Source: Raja brachyura (Eukaryota). Taken from it: a stretch of 64,000 bases of DNA. Positions 10,766 to 25,020 of the stretch are shown here, piece after piece (position 1 is the first letter of the stretch; each line of letters begins with the position of its first letter). The notes under the pieces were generated by a model. It worked only from the letters and a program-made list of their open reading frames with translations. It was not told the origin of the DNA and did no database searches. The stretch is from NCBI GenBank assembly GCA_963514005.1, contig OY740807.1, positions 2,294,001-2,358,000 of the forward strand, given 5' to 3'. Both the position numbers and the translations under genes were made by a program.

Positions 10766-13700
10766 GCTAGATCAAGCTAGATTGAGGGTGAACTGGATAG
10801 GACAAACTTTTCACTCGTCATACACGTCGAAATCTAGAGGAACGTCTATTATTATTCGCAAAGGCATTTCATTTAAATCCAAAACTACCTTAACAGATAA
10901 GGAGGGGAGATATTTGATAGTTACCGGGGAGATCCATGCAACCCCAATTACCTTGGAAAACATATATGCACCCAACTTTGACAATCCGTATTTTTTCAAT
11001 AAAATCTTGAATATAATTGCAGAATAGAATTACCAGAATGTCATAATCAACGGAGATTTTAACTGTGTTTTAGACCCCTACTTAGATAAATCCAATCAAA
11101 AATAGAGAGGTATTACGAAATCCAAAACTAGCGAACCTCTAAATACATATTTAAAAAACACACATATACAGATGTCTGGAGGATTGCAAATCTGACCGGC
11201 AGGGATTACTCATTCTATTCAAGTACACAAGACATATTCACGTATAGATTATTTCCTGGTGGATACAAAATTAACACCCCACACTTCCAAACCAAAATAA
11301 CACACAAATACAATTTCAGATCACTCCCCAATAACTCCCCATTTTCTAAAAATGGAAGGAATGACTAAGAACAAACTGTTTTGGAGGTACAATCCTCAAA
11401 TTTTAAAAGACCCGCAAGGGAGTATATATTTAAAACAGCAAATGGACCTTTTTTTTGAAATAAACGATACGCCAGACATATCACCTACACTATTAGGGGA
11501 ATCTTTTAAAGTATTTATTCGAGGTGTTATAATTTCATACCAAGCTTTTCAAAATAAGCAAAATAAGAACGAACAAATTAGACAACTGGACATAGAAAAC
11601 GCTAAAGACCCCACTACGGATAAACATAATAGAATAATAATACTGAAATTTAAATTAAATAAATTATTATTAGAGAAAGTCATAAGATTATTACAAAATT
11701 ACAAGACAGGAACATTTTGAATTTGGGGATAAGCCCCATAAATTTCTGGCACGTCAGTTAAAAAAAGGAGAAAAGGATCACACAATTTGAAAGATTAAAT
11801 CAGACAAGGGGGAGATATTGACCTTGCCGAGTGATTAATAAAAGATTTGCACAATTTTAAGAGAATCTGTATACATCTAAAACAATAACGAACACCGACA
11901 AAGTTACAGAGTTCTTGGATAATTGTAACCTTCCTACACTAGAGTTGCAGGAACAAGAGGAATTGGGAGCACAAATCTCAAATAAGGAAATAGAAGAAAC
12001 AATAATCTCCTTAAAAAATTGGAAAAACACCAGGACCCGACGGATTTAGCAATGAATTCTATAAATGTTTTTATGACATATTTACACTTCGCCTACAGAA
12101 AATGTATACTTATGCCTTCAAAGAACAAATACTACCTGAAACACTAGCAGAATCCACAATCACATTAATACTTAAGAAAGACATAGATGTGGAAGAACCC
12201 GGATCATATGGAGCTATTGCGTTGTTAAACACAGATCAAAAAATATTAGCGAAAATACTAGCTAGAAGACTAAGTAAATATGCTAGTAAATTAATACATC
12301 CGGATCAAATGGGGTTTATCCCTAAGAGACAATCATTTAATAATTTGAGATGTCTGCTCAACATAATGCATTCACACCAAACGGAAGATCAAAAACTATC
12401 AATCATATCGTTGGTGCAGAGAAAGCATTCGATCAGGTCGAATGGGATTATATGGTCAGGGTATTGCAAAAATTTTAACTGGGAAAGAATTTCATTCTAT
12501 GGATTAAATTACTATATAATAAGCCAACGGGCAGAATATTAACTAACAATAATTTATCTACGAAATTTCAATTGTCAAGGGGTAATAGACAAGGATGTTC
12601 ACTATCACCGCTGTTATTTGCTCTCATAATTGAACCCCTAGCGGAAAGAATTAAAACTCATCCGAACATCCATGGATATAAAACAAAATATTCCAACAAT
12701 AAAATATCATTATACGCTGATGATGTACTATTGTACATCACAAAACCTCATATTACTATACCAAATATTTTAAACTTAATAGAGGACTTCGGATCACTTT
12801 CAGGATATAGAATAAATTGAAATCATGTCAATAAAACCAAAATATTCTACACATCTTTTACAGTTTCCTTTCAAAATAGCTATGGGAAAATGTAAATACT
12901 TGGGTATCGAAATCACTAGAAGATATCAAGACATGTTTGACGCAAATTATAACCCTCTACTTAAGAAACTATATAACTTGACTAAATTTTGGAAAACACT
13001 TCCGATGTCCTCAATAGGCCGAATAAACGCCATAAAAATTATTTTTCTAACACAAATTTTATACCTGTTCCAATCAATTCCAATATACTTACCCAATTTT
13101 TTTTTTTAAAACTGGACTCAGATATCACAAATTTTAGTTGGGATTATAAATCCCACAGATTACAAAGAGCTCATCTGAATAAACCAAAAGAAGTAAGGGG
13201 ATTAGCACTCCCCAACTTCATGTATTACTACTGGTCTGTAAATATTAAAAACATGATCCAATTGCTGGATAACTCTCCCCAGCAACCGGATTGGATTATT
13301 ATGGAGAAAGAGGACTGCTCTCCTTGCAATATTGGAGCAATCCTTCTTTCACCAATGAAGATGAATAATACAAATTACAACAAAAATCCAATTATACACA
13401 GTACAATTAGAATTTGGAAACAAATAAAAAATAATTTAAAATTAAGAAATTTATCTCTCTTATCTCCTGTCGGTAAAAACCCTTCGTTTAAACCTTCAAC
13501 TATAGATAAAGCATTTATACAATGGGAAAAAGCTGGAATTAAAATCTTCGGAGATTTGTATGAAATGGGAAAACTATTATCATTTAAACAAATACAACTA
13601 AAATACAATTTGGGAAACAATCAGTATTTTAAATATTTCCAAATCTGTGACTATCTGAAAAAATACGCACAAGACTATCACAATATACCTCCAGACTTAC

Positions 13701-14187
13701 TGGAAGAAGTAATGAATACAAAGGCTGAATCAGCAAACCTAATATCACATATATATAATATTCTTCTAAACGCAGAAATACCAACAACAGAAGGTATCAG
13801 GAGAGACTGGGAAAAATAATTAAGTATAAAAATTTCCAAAGAAAGGTGGGAAGAATATTTATTAAATCTGCATAAATCTTCAATTAACGTAATACAATTT
13901 AAAATCTTACACAGATTATACTATTCAAAAACTAAAATGAATAAACTTTTTCCAAATGTCTCACCTATTTGTGATAAATGTCAATGTCAATGTCAAGAAG
14001 CTAATATAGCGCACTCATTTGTCTTTGTACAAAAATTCAAAAATGTTGGACTGAAATTTTTGAAATTTTCACAAAAGTATTTAAAATAAAACTGACTCCA
14101 AAAGCAGACTGAATTATCTTTGGAACATCGGAAGATAGCTCTGAATTAAATGTGTTTCAAAAGAATCTATTTGAATACTGCTTAACC

Positions 14188-15436
14188 ATATAACCATATA
14201 ACAATTACAGCACGGAAACAGGCCTTCTCGGCCCTTCCAGTCCGTGCCGACCATTTATTTTCCCCTAGTCCCATCTACCTGCACTCAGACCTTTCCCTTC
14301 CCGTCCATATACCTATCCACTTTACTTTTAAATGTTAAAATCGATCCTGCCTCCACCACTTCTGCTGGAAGATCATTCCACACAGCCACCACTCTCTGAG
14401 TAAAGAAGTTCCCCCTCATGTTACCCCTAAACTTCTGTCCCTTAATTCTCATGTCATGCCCTCTTGTTTGAACCTTCCCTACCCACACGTCAACTCTGTC
14501 TATCTCTTTCATCATTTTAAAGACCTCAATCAACTCCCCCCTTAACCTTCTGCACTCCAAATAAAGACCTAACTTGTTCAACCTTTCTCTGTAACTTAGT
14601 TGCTGGAACCCAGGCAACATTCTAGTAAATCTCCTCTGTACTCTCTCTATTTTGTTGACATCCTTCCTATAATTAGATGAACAAAATTGTACACCATACT
14701 CCAGAATTGGTCTCACCAATGCTTTGTACAATTTTAATATTACTTCCCTACTCCTATATTCAATGCTCTGATTTATAAAGGCCAGCACACCAAAAGCTTT
14801 CTTTACCACCCTATCTACATGCGATTCCACCTTCAGGGAACTATGCACAGTTATTCCTAGACCCCTCTGTTCCACAGCATTCCTCAATTCCCTACCATTT
14901 ACCATGTACGTCCTATTTTGATTTGGCTTGCCAAGATGTAGCACCTCACACTTATCAGCATTAAACTCCATCTGCCATCTTTTAGCCCACTCTTCCAAAT
15001 GGCCCAAATCTCTCTGTAGACTTTGAAAATCTACTTCATTATCCACAGCACCACCTATCTTAGTATCATCTGCATACTTACTTAACCAATTTTCCACACC
15101 ATCATCTAGATCATTGATGTACATGACAAACAAAAGTGGACCAACACAGATCCCTGAGGCACCCCACTGGTCACTGGCTTCCAACCTGACAAACAGCCAT
15201 CCACCATTACTCTCTGGCATCTCCCATTCAGCCACTGTTGAATCCATCTTGCTACTCCGCCATTAACACCCAAAGATTGAACCTTCTTAACCAACCTTCC
15301 ATGGGGAACCTTGTCAAAGGCCTTACTGAAATCCATATAGACAACATCCACTGCTTTACCCTCATCAATTTCCCTAGTAACCTCTTCAAAAAATTCAAGA
15401 AGGTTTGTCAAACATGACCTTCCAGGCACAAATCCA
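14188..15436 (-). mobile_element. 5'-truncated CR1 nested in L1
   Basis: RT motifs [23 protein letters not shown]. (ATATGGTT)n tail. L1 sequence rejoins as YCLITGKKLILKFW. Confidence 0.92.
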
Positions 15437-16389
15437 TTAATAACTGGAAAAAAGCTAATCTTAAAATTCTGGAAAAATACTCCTAAACCAACAGTTAATA
15501 TATGGATTTCAACTATGTTTGAAACACTACATTTGGAAGATATGAGACTCCGACTGGCAGGAAAATCAGACTGGTCTGCATTTATTAAATCTACTACAAG
15601 GATAAGGTGCAAGAACACCTCAAAAAAGTACCGGTGTCGTGTCTTGGTAAAGGGGGAAGGAAAACTGTCGAGTTGGTAGATTCCTTTTGCGAGATGTTTA
15701 TAATAAAGTAACTGGCTTTTCTTTTTTCCTTCTCTTTCTTTCCCTTTTTTTCTCCTCTCCAGGGTCTATCTCTTAATCTCCTTTCTCTAACTCTTCACCC
15801 AAGGGTTCCCTTTCCCTCTGGCACGTTTGTTCACTTTCACAACTCTTTTTCACTCTTTCTACTTTCTCTGTTGATATTTCTTTCTTTTTTTCTTTTTTTC
15901 TAAAGCCTTAAAAAATTAAGGGGTACAATGATTGAAATAATATACATGGGATGTACACTGATGTAATTTACGGTACCTCTAACAAATAAAGATATAAAAA
16001 CAATTTTTTTTAAAAAAAGGACATGAGTTCAAGGGGAGATTGGAAAGATTTAATAGGGACCTGTGGGGCAACTTTTTCACAGAGGCAGGTAGGATAACAT
16101 TTAAAAGACATTTGTACAGGCACATGGATAGGAATTAATTTGAGCGATATTCAGCCAAAGGCAGGGAAGTGGCCTTGTGTAGATGGGGCGTCTTGGTTAG
16201 CATGGGCAAGTTGGGCAGAAGGGCCTGTTCCCATGTTGTATGCCTCTAAGTACAGCAGTCCCGAGAGCAGCTCACACCCAATAACCAATTTTTTTCTGAT
16301 TATTGAAAGAACACTGCTTTCAATTTTTGTTTGCCCTTGGCTCTCTATTGTAGCCAATTCTTGTTGCTTGTCTCAGCTCCTCTGAACCA

Positions 16390-17190
16390 GATTCCCAGCA
16401 CCTTCAGGTAGTCAGACCTAATGGTGAAGGGACGGAAGATCAGTCGGCCCAGATACCAAAGAGTAGAGCCTCATTCTTCTTACGGTTTATTCCGGCTCCC
16501 AATGTCAACTCAAACTGGTCACAGATGCTGACCAAAGTGTGGGCCAACTGTGGATCCAAGCAGAAGATGGCGACATCATCCATGGACAGGGAGGCTTTGC
16601 TCTGAGTGCCTCTACTGCCTGGCAATGCCACCCCTCTTCTGTTCTCATATTTCCTGATGGATTTAGCAAAGGGTTCTTAACTGCATCTGAATAAGACGGG
16701 AGAGTGGCTGACTGACCCTGCCTGACTCCTGATCTGAAGGGGAAGCTAACCATTTCCCACCCATTGTTTTGGAGTGCACTACGGGTATCTACGCAGAGAT
16801 GAATCAGGATCCATTTCTTGGGCACCTCCCAAATGCTTATATTGGAGGACACATCCATCATGTATATGTGTGATATCCTATCGAAGGCCTTCTCCAGGGC
16901 CAAACTGACCAGCCAGGTGTCCACCGCTCTGCCAATGACGGCACAGGTTTGGTCCAGGTGGAGCACTTGTTCCAGAGCAGACTTGACCCAGTTGGCAGTG
17001 GCCTTGGACATATTTTATAGTCCACATTTAGAAGTGAGATGGGTCTCCAATTCCTGATGTACTCCCTCTTCTGCTTGTATACGAGGATGGTGATGCCCTT
17101 CCTCAGGGATTCTGACATGCTGCCAGCCAAAACAATGACTTTGTACACTTCAAGCCGCTCTGGGCTCACCCAGTTCCACAGGGACCAGAT
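16390..17190 (-). mobile_element. Old Tx1-like LINE RT fragment
   Basis: ESLRKGITILVYKQ..RNWRPISLLNVDYKI, DQTCAV, EKAFDRISH, SGVRQG. Confidence 0.75.
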
Positions 17191-18985
17191 ACCGCTAGGA
17201 GGTAGTGACCATAATATGGTGTCTTAATCTGCAATTTAAGAGGGAGAATGTTAAATCAGAAGTGTCATTGTGGCAGTTGAACAAAGGGGACTATGAGGGC
17301 ATGAGAAAGGAGCTGGCCAAGGTCGACTGGTAAAGGATGCAAGCAGGAATGACAGTAGCAATGGTAGGAATTTCTGGGCGTAATCCAGAAGATGCAGGAT
17401 CATTTTATTCCAAAGAGGAAGAAAGATTCCAAGGGAGTAAGAGGCAACTGTGGCTGACAAGGGAAGTTAGGGACAGTATAATACTAAAAGAAAAGGTGTA
17501 TAACATAGCAAGAGTAGCAGAAAGCCAGGGGATTGGGAAGCTTTCAAAGGACTTCAGAAGGTAACAAAAAAGGCAATACGGGGTGGAAAGATGAAGTACG
17601 AAGGTAAACCTGCCAAGAACATGAAGAAGGATAGTAAAAGCTTATTTAGGTATGTTAAGAGAGAAAGATTAGTTAAGATGTTGGTCCCTTGAAGATCAGA
17701 AGCAGGTGAAATTATTATGGGGAACAAGGAAATAGCAGAAGAGTTGAACAGCTTCTGTCTTCATTAAGGAAGACACAAACAATCTCCCAGATGTACTAGA
17801 GGACAGAGGATCTAGGGAGACAGGGAACTGAAATAAATTTGCATTAGACTAGAAATAATATTGGGTAGACTAACGGGACTGAAGGCTGATAAATCCCCAG
17901 AGCCTAATGGTCTGCATCCCAGGGGACTCAAGGAGGTGGCTCTGGAAATCATGCATGCATTGGTGATCATTTTCCAATGTTCTATCGTTTCAGGATCAGT
18001 TCTGGATTGGAGGATAGCTAATGTTATCCCACTTTTCGAAAGGAGCGAGAGAGAAAACGGGGAATTATAGACCAGTTAGCCTGACATCGGTGGTGGGGAA
18101 GATGCTGGAGTCAATTATTCAACAAGTAATGACGGTGCATTTGGATAGCAGTAAAAGGATTGGTCCAAGTCAGCTTGGATTTACTGTATGAAGGGGAAAT
18201 CCTGCTTGAATATTTACAATATATATGAAAAAATGTAGATGGAATTAAAAGTAACACTAGCAAATTTGCAGATGACACAAAGCTGGGTGGCAGTATGAAC
18301 TGCAAAGAGGATGAGGTTGCAGGGTGACTTGGACAGGTTGAGTGAGTGGGCAGATGCATGGCAGATGCAGTATAATGTAGATAAATGTGAGGTTGTGCAC
18401 TTTGGCAGAAAGAACAAGGAGGCAGATTATTATCTCAGGTTCAGAAAAAAGGAAGTGCAATGAGACCTGGGTGTCCTTGTACACCAGTCACTGAAAGTAA
18501 ACATGCAGGTACAGCAGGCAGTTAATCCCTGGAATGGCGGGACTGTGGTATGAGGAAAGATTGGAAAGATTGGGCTTGTATTCACTGGAATTTAGAGGGA
18601 TGAGAGGGCCTTATAGAAATGTATACAATCATAAAAGAACTGGACAAGCCAGATGGAGGAAAAATGTTTCCAATGTTGAGGGAGTCCAGAACCAGTCTCC
18701 AGTTTAAAAGGGGAGACCTTTTAAAACTGAGATGAGAAAAAATGTTTTCACCGAGAGAGTTGTGAATTTGTGGAATTCTCTGCTACAGAAGGCTGTGGAA
18801 GCCAATTCACTGGATTAATTTAAAAGAGAGTTAGAAAGAGCTCTTGGGGATAATCGAATCAGTGGGTATGGGGAGAAGGCAGGCACAAGTTACTGATTGT
18901 AGATGATCAGCCATGATCGCAATAAACCGCGGTGCTGGCTCGAGGGGCCGAATGGCTTCCTCCTACACTTATTTTCTATGTTTCA
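17190..18985 (+). mobile_element. Degenerate CR1 ORF2 and 3' end
   Basis: SDHN, DKSPEP..LHPR, YRPVSL and KFADDTK remnants, with tail. Confidence 0.85.
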
Positions 18986-19094
18986 CAAAGCCAAATGCCA
19001 TCTCGATGGTAAGCCATCGTTTCCGGTATTGCCAATTCCTGAATATGTTTATATATTTCAAAAATAAGTTTCACTCAGAAAAAAAATATATACC

Positions 19095-19178
19095 ATATAA
19101 CCATATAACCATATAACCATATAACAATTACAGCACGGAAACAGGCCTTCTCGGCCCTTCCAGTCCGTGCCGACCATA
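19095..19178 (-). mobile_element. CR1 3' tail fragment
   Basis: (ccatataa)n plus a 3' UTR nearly identical to 14188-14250. Confidence 0.8.
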
Positions 19179-19318
19179 CAAAACAAAAACGGTGCAAAAC
19201 GTCTTTATACGTTCTCAGTGTCTATATTTAATAGTGTCATATGCAGTAGTGTTCTCTTTAAAGACAATAACTTTGCCACGTTATACGCCATTAAGTTTGA
19301 AAGGACAAGAATCAGAAT

Positions 19319-19521
19319 GTAGACAAAAATGCTGGAGAAACTCAGCGGGTGAGGCAGCATCTAGGGAGCAAAAGAATAGACAACGTTTTGGGTCGAGACC
19401 CTCCTTCAGACCCGAAACATCGCTTGTTCCTTCGCCCCCTAGATGCTGTCTCACCCGCTGAGTTTCTCCAGCATTTTTGCCTGCCTTCGATTTTTCCAAC
19501 ATCTGCAGTTCTTTGTTAACC
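19319..19521. mobile_element. Penelope-derived palindromic mini-element
   Basis: Inverted arms (gctggagaaactcagcgggtga / tcacccgctgagtttctccagc), degenerate hammerhead-like core, TSD atcagaat (19311-19318, 19522-19529). Confidence 0.75.
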
Positions 19522-20076
19522 ATCAGAATCAGGATCAGTTTCTTTCCATCTGTTGGAAATATACAAAGTGCTGGAATAACTCAGCAGGTCAAGCGGCATC
19601 CCTGGAGAACATGGATAGGCGTGATTTTGGATTTGCAGTCTGATGTAGGGTCTCAACAGGAAACATCATCTATTCATGTTTTCCAGGGATGCTGCCTGAC
19701 CCGCTGAGTTATTGCAGCATTTTGTGTCTTTCCTTGTAAATCAACATCTACAGCTCCCTTTTTCTACTTTTTCCTATAAGGTGTTTCTACATCTGCTATC
19801 AGGCTTCTGAATGGTTCTTGCATAAGTTAGAATACTCTCTGTTTCCCCTCTACCCCACTGGGGACATTGGACTTTGTCTCTGAAACTGGTACACTATGGT
19901 AAGCAACCAGGCACCATGTGGTTAGTTGCTGAGAACTACATTCTGCCCCTGTATTTTGGTGAGACCAAGCGGAGACCTTGCTCTCGACCCAGTATTCACT
20001 GGAGTTTAGAAGGATGAAGTTTAAAAGGTTAAGATTTTTATAGTGGGAGTGAATTGATTTAATTTGAGGGTAAGCC

Positions 20077-22820
20077 ATGTCAGTTGAGATCGGCCCCATG
20101 GTTTGCTCATCCTGCAAAATGGGAGATCAGGGATATGGTCGGTGTCCCTGGTGACTACGTGTGCAGGAAGTGTGTCCAGCTGCAGCTCCTGGCAGACCGC
20201 ATTGAACGATTGGAGCTGTGGTTGGATTCATACTGGAGGATCCATGATGCTGAGAAAGTCGTGAATAGCACGTACAGTGAGTTGGCCACACCGCAGGTAA
20301 AAGTTAAATGGACAGAAAGGGAACGGGTGGCCACTAGCCAGCGTAGCAGTAGGCAGGTAGTGCAGGAGTCCCCTGCAGTAATCTCCCTCCTAAACAGATA
20401 TACCATTTTGGATACTGTTGGAGGAGATGGCTCACTAGGGGAAGGCAGCAGCAGCCAAGTTCATGGCACCGTGGGTGGCTGTGCGGCACAGGAGGGAGGA
20501 AAAAGAGTGGAAGGGCTATATTAATAGGGGATTCAATGGTAAGGGAAATAGATAGGCATTTCTGCGGCCTTAAACGAGACTCCAGGATGGTATGTTGCCT
20601 CCCTGGTGCAAGTTGTCAGGGATGTCACTGAGCGGCTGCAGAATATTCTGGAGGGGGAGGGTAGACAGCCAGTTGTCGTGATGCACATTGGCACCAACGA
20701 TATACGTAAAGAACGGGATGAGGTCCTACAAGGTGAATTTAGGGAGCTAGCAGAAAAACTTAAAAGTAGGACCTCAAAGGTAATAATCTCTGGATTACTA
20801 CCAGTGCCATGTACTAGTTAGAGTAGAAATAGGAGGATATTGCAGATGAATACGTGGCTTGAAAAATGGTGCAAGGGGGAGGGATTCAAACTTCTAGGGC
20901 ATTGGAACCAGTTCTGGGACCAGTACAAACAGGACGGTCTGCACCAGGGCTGGAATGGAACCAATGTCCTTGGGGGAGTGTTTGCTAGTGCTGTCGGGGA
21001 GGATTTAAACTGATATGACAGGGGGATGAGAGCATGAGCAGAGAGACAGAGGGGTGTAAAATGAGGGTAGAAGCAATAGGTAGCAAAGTGAAAAGTAAAA
21101 GTGGCAGGCAGACAAATCTAGGGCAAAAATCAAAAGAGGCCACTTTTCAACATAATAGTATAAGGGGTAAGAGTGTTGTAAAAACAAGCCTGAAGTCTTT
21201 GTGTCTCAATGCAAGGAGCAGTTGTAATAAGGTGGATGAGTTGAATGTGCAGATAGTTATTAATGAATATGATATAGTTGGGATCACGGAGACATGGCTC
21301 CAGGGCGACCAAGGCTGGGAACTGAACATCCAGGGATATTCAATATTCAGGAGGGATAGACAGAAAGGAAAAGGAGGTGGGGTAGCGTTGCTGGTTAGAG
21401 GAGATTAACGCAATAGAAAGGAAGGACATTAGTGGTGCCCCAACATCGGTTGTGGGGAAAATACTAGTCATCAAAGATGGGATAGCAGCACATTTGAAAA
21501 GTGGTGAAATCATTGGACAAAGTCAGCATGGATTTATGAAAGGTAAATCAAGTCTGACGAATTTTATAGGATTTTTCGAGGGTGTAACATGTAGAGTGGA
21601 TAAGGGAGAACCAGTGGATGTGTTATATCTGGACTTTCAGAATGCTTTCGACAAGGTCCCACATAAGATATTAGTATGCAAACTTAAAGCACACGGTATT
21701 GGGGGTTCAGTATTTATGTGGATCGAGAACTGGCTGGCAGACAGGAAGCAAAGGGTAGGAGTAAATAGGTCCTTTTCAGAATGGCAGGCAGTGACTAGTG
21801 GGGTACCGCAAGGCTCAGTGCTGGGGCCTCAGCGATTTACAATATATATTAATGATTTGGACGAGGGAATTGAATGCAACATCTCCAAGTTTGCGGATGA
21901 CATGAAGCTGGGGGGTAGTGTTAGCTGTGAGGAGGATGCTAGGAGGCTGCAAGGTGACTTGGACAGGTTGGGTGAGTGGGCAAATGCATGGCAGATGCAG
22001 TTTAATGTGGATAAATGTGAGGTTATCCACTTTGATGGCAAGAACAGGAAAGTGGACTATTATCTGAATGGTGGCCGATTAGGAAAAGGGGAGATGCAAC
22101 AAGACCTGGGTTTCATGGTTCACCAGTCATTAAAAGTAGGCATGCCGGTGCAGCAGGCAGTGAAGAAAGTGAATGGTATGTTAGCATTCATAGCAAAAGG
22201 ATTTGAGTATAGGAGCAGGGAGGTTCTACTGCAGTTGTACACGGCCTTGGTGAGACCACATCTGGAGTATTGTGCACAGTTTTGCACCATCTCAGGATCA
22301 GGAAACTCTCAGGAAAGACATTCTTGCCATAGAGAAGAAGGTTCACTGGACTGATTCCTGGGATGGCAGGACTTTCATATGAAGAAAGACTGGATAGACT
22401 TGGCTTGTACTCGCTATAATTTAGAAGATTGAGGGGGATCTTATAGAAACTTACAAAATTCTTAAGGCGTTTGACAGGCTAGATGCAGGAAGATTGTTCC
22501 CGATGTTGGGGGAAGTCCAGAACAATGGGTCACATTTAAGGAAAAGAGGGAAGTCTTTTAGGACTGAGATGAGAAAAACATTTTTCACACAGAGAATGTG
22601 AATCTGTGGAATTCTCTGCCACAGAGGTAGTTGAGGACAGTTCATTTGCAATATTTAAGAGGGAGTTGGATGTGGCCCTTGTGGCTAAAGGGATCAGGGG
22701 GTATGGAGAGAAGGCAGGTACAGGATACTGAGTTGAATGATCAGCCAAGATCATATTGAATGTCGGTGCAGGATTGAAGGACTGAATGGCCTACTCCTAC
22801 ACCTATTTTTTATGTTTCTA
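20077..22820 (+). mobile_element. CR1 with ORF1 (Zn finger + SGNH esterase) and internally deleted ORF2
   Basis: CRKCVQLQLL, IGDSMVR, HIGTNDI and DGLH in ORF1. LNARS/GITETW APE, deletion near 21440, RT 21452-22354, (ttctatgt) tail. Confidence 0.9.
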
Positions 22821-22824
22821 TGAC

Positions 22825-23213
22825 AGGGGATCTTATAGAAACATATAAAATTATGAAAGGACTGGACAAGCTAGATGCTGGAAAAATGTTCCCAATGTTG
22901 GGCGAGTCCAAATCCATGGGCCCCAGTCTTAGAATAAAGGAGATGCCATTTAAGACTGAGGTGAGAAAAAACGTTTTCACCCAGAGAGTTGTGAATTTGT
23001 GGAATTCCCTGCCACAGAGGGCAGTGGAGGCCAAATCACTGGATGGATTTAAGAGAGAGTGAGATAGAGCTCTCGGGGCCGGTGGAATCCAGGGATATGG
23101 GGAGAAGGCAGGCCCGGGTTATTGATTGGGGACGATCAGCCATGATCACAATGAATGGCGGTGCTGGCTTGAAGGGCCGAATGGCCTCCTGCCCTTATTT
23201 CCTATGTTTCTAT
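22825..23213 (+). mobile_element. CR1 3' fragment
   Basis: GDLIETYKI...FTQRVVNLWNSLP and tail. Confidence 0.85.
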
Positions 23214-23215
23214 GA

Positions 23216-25020
23216 CGTACTTCTTCCCACCCTGCTTCCAACAAAGACTCTATCCCCTACTCCAAATTCCTCCGTCTACGCCACATCTGCGTCCAAGATG
23301 AGGTGTTCCAAACTAGAACATCTGAGATGTCCTCATTCTTTAGGGAACGGGGGTTCCCTTCTCCCATCATAGATGAGGCCCTTGCTCATGTCTCTCAGTA
23401 CCCCGCAGCTCCACTCCTGCTGCCCCTCCCCCTAGTCGCAACAGAGACAGAGTCCCCCTACTCCTTACCTTTCACCTCATCAGCCATCGCATACAACACA
23501 TAAACCTCTGAAATTTTCGCCACCTCCAACGGGATCCCCCCACTGACCCCATTTTTCCATCTCCACCCCTTTCCGGCTTCCACAGAGACCGTTCCCTCCA
23601 CAACTCCCTGATTAACTCATCCCTTCCCACCCAAACCACTTCCTCCCCAGGTACCTTCCCCAGCAATCGCAGAAGATGCAACACCTGTCATTATACCTCC
23701 TCCCTCAACTCTGTCTAGGGACCCCAACAGTCCTTTCAGGTTAAGCAGAAGTTCACGCACCTCCTCAAACCTCATCTACCGTATCCGTTGTTCAAGATGT
23801 GAACTCTTATACATCGGTGAGACCAAACACAGATCGATTCGCAGAGCACCTTCTCTCAGCCCGCTTGAACCAACCTGATCTCCCGGTTGCTAAACACTTT
23901 AATTCTCCTTCCCATTCCTGCACTGACCTTTCTGTATTCGGTCTCCTCCATTATTATCTAAATGGTATCAAGTTGGGCAAAGGGGATGTACAATGGGATC
24001 TGGGGTTTCTTGTTCATCAGTCAATGAAAGTAAGCATGCAGGTACTGCAGGCAGTGAAGAAAGCGAATGGCATGTTGGCCTTCCTAATAAGAGGAGTTGA
24101 GTATAGGAGCAAAGAGGTCCTTCTGCAGTTGCACAGGGCCCGAGTAGGACCACAGCTGGTGTATTGTGTGCAGTTTTGGTCCCCAAATTTGAGGAAGGGG
24201 ATATGGGGGAGAAGGCAGGAACGGGGTACTGATAGTGGATGATCAGCCATGACCACTTTGAATGGCAGTGCTGGTTCGAAGGGGCGAAATACTACTCCTG
24301 CACCTATTGTCCATTGTCTATTGACAACACTTCTTCTCACTCTACTAAAGACTCTATCCCCTACTCCCAATTCCTCCGTCTACGCCGCATCTGTGCCCAA
24401 GATGAGGTGTTCCTTATTGGAACATCCGAGATGTTCATATTCTTTAGGGAACGGGGCTTCCCCACTCCCATCACAGATGAGGCCCTCACTCATGTCTCCT
24501 CGGTACCCCACAGCTCTGCCCTTGCTCTCCCTAGGTGCAACAAAGACAGGAGTCCCCCTAGTCCTTACCTTCCACCCCATCAGCCGTCGCATAGAACACA
24601 TAATTCTCAGAAATTTCCACCACCTCCAATGGGATCCCACCACTAGCCACGTTTTCGCATCTCCACCACTTTCCGCAGAGACTGTTCCCTCTGCAACTCC
24701 CATCCCTTCCCACCCAAAATACTTCCTCCCCAGGTACCTTCCCCTGCAATCGCAGAAGATGCAACACCTGTCGCTATACCTCCTCCCTCGACTCTGTCCA
24801 GGGACCCCGACAGTCCTTTCAGGTTAGACCGAGGTCCACTTGCATCTCCTCCAACCTCGTCTACTGTATCCGTTGTTCAAGATGTGGACTCTTATTCATC
24901 GGTGAGACCAAACGCAGACCGGGCGATCGTTTCGCAGAACACCTTTAATTCTCCTTCCCATTCCTACATAGACCTTTCTGTCCTCGGTCTCCTCCATTGT
25001 CAGAGTGAGGCTAAACGCAA
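23216..25020 (+). mobile_element. Two Penelope-like ORF fragments (23216-23952, 24325-25020) separated by a CR1 piece
   Basis: KDSIPYSQFLRLRRIC, FFRERGFP and GIY-YIG-like IY(C/R)IRCSRC..YIGET remnants. Confidence 0.8.

Larger units (their letters stand above)
10494..15600 (+). pseudogene. L1 ORF2 (APE endonuclease, RT, Zn knuckle), multiple stops/frameshifts, split by CR1
   Basis: SWNVGG, FLQETH, NIYAPN, GDFN, SDHSP, PGPDG, RQGCSLSPLLF, LYADD, KYLGI and CDKC motifs across fragments. Confidence 0.9.
8116..16015 (+). mobile_element. Full-length, inactivated L1-clade LINE with nested insertions
   Basis: 14-bp TSD aaaggacatgagtt (8102-8115, 16016-16029). 5' end gacttccggtggcgccatg. Transposase_22-like ORF1, APE-RT-Zn-knuckle ORF2, pyrimidine-rich 3' UTR, AATAAA and A-rich tail. 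Confidence 0.92.
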
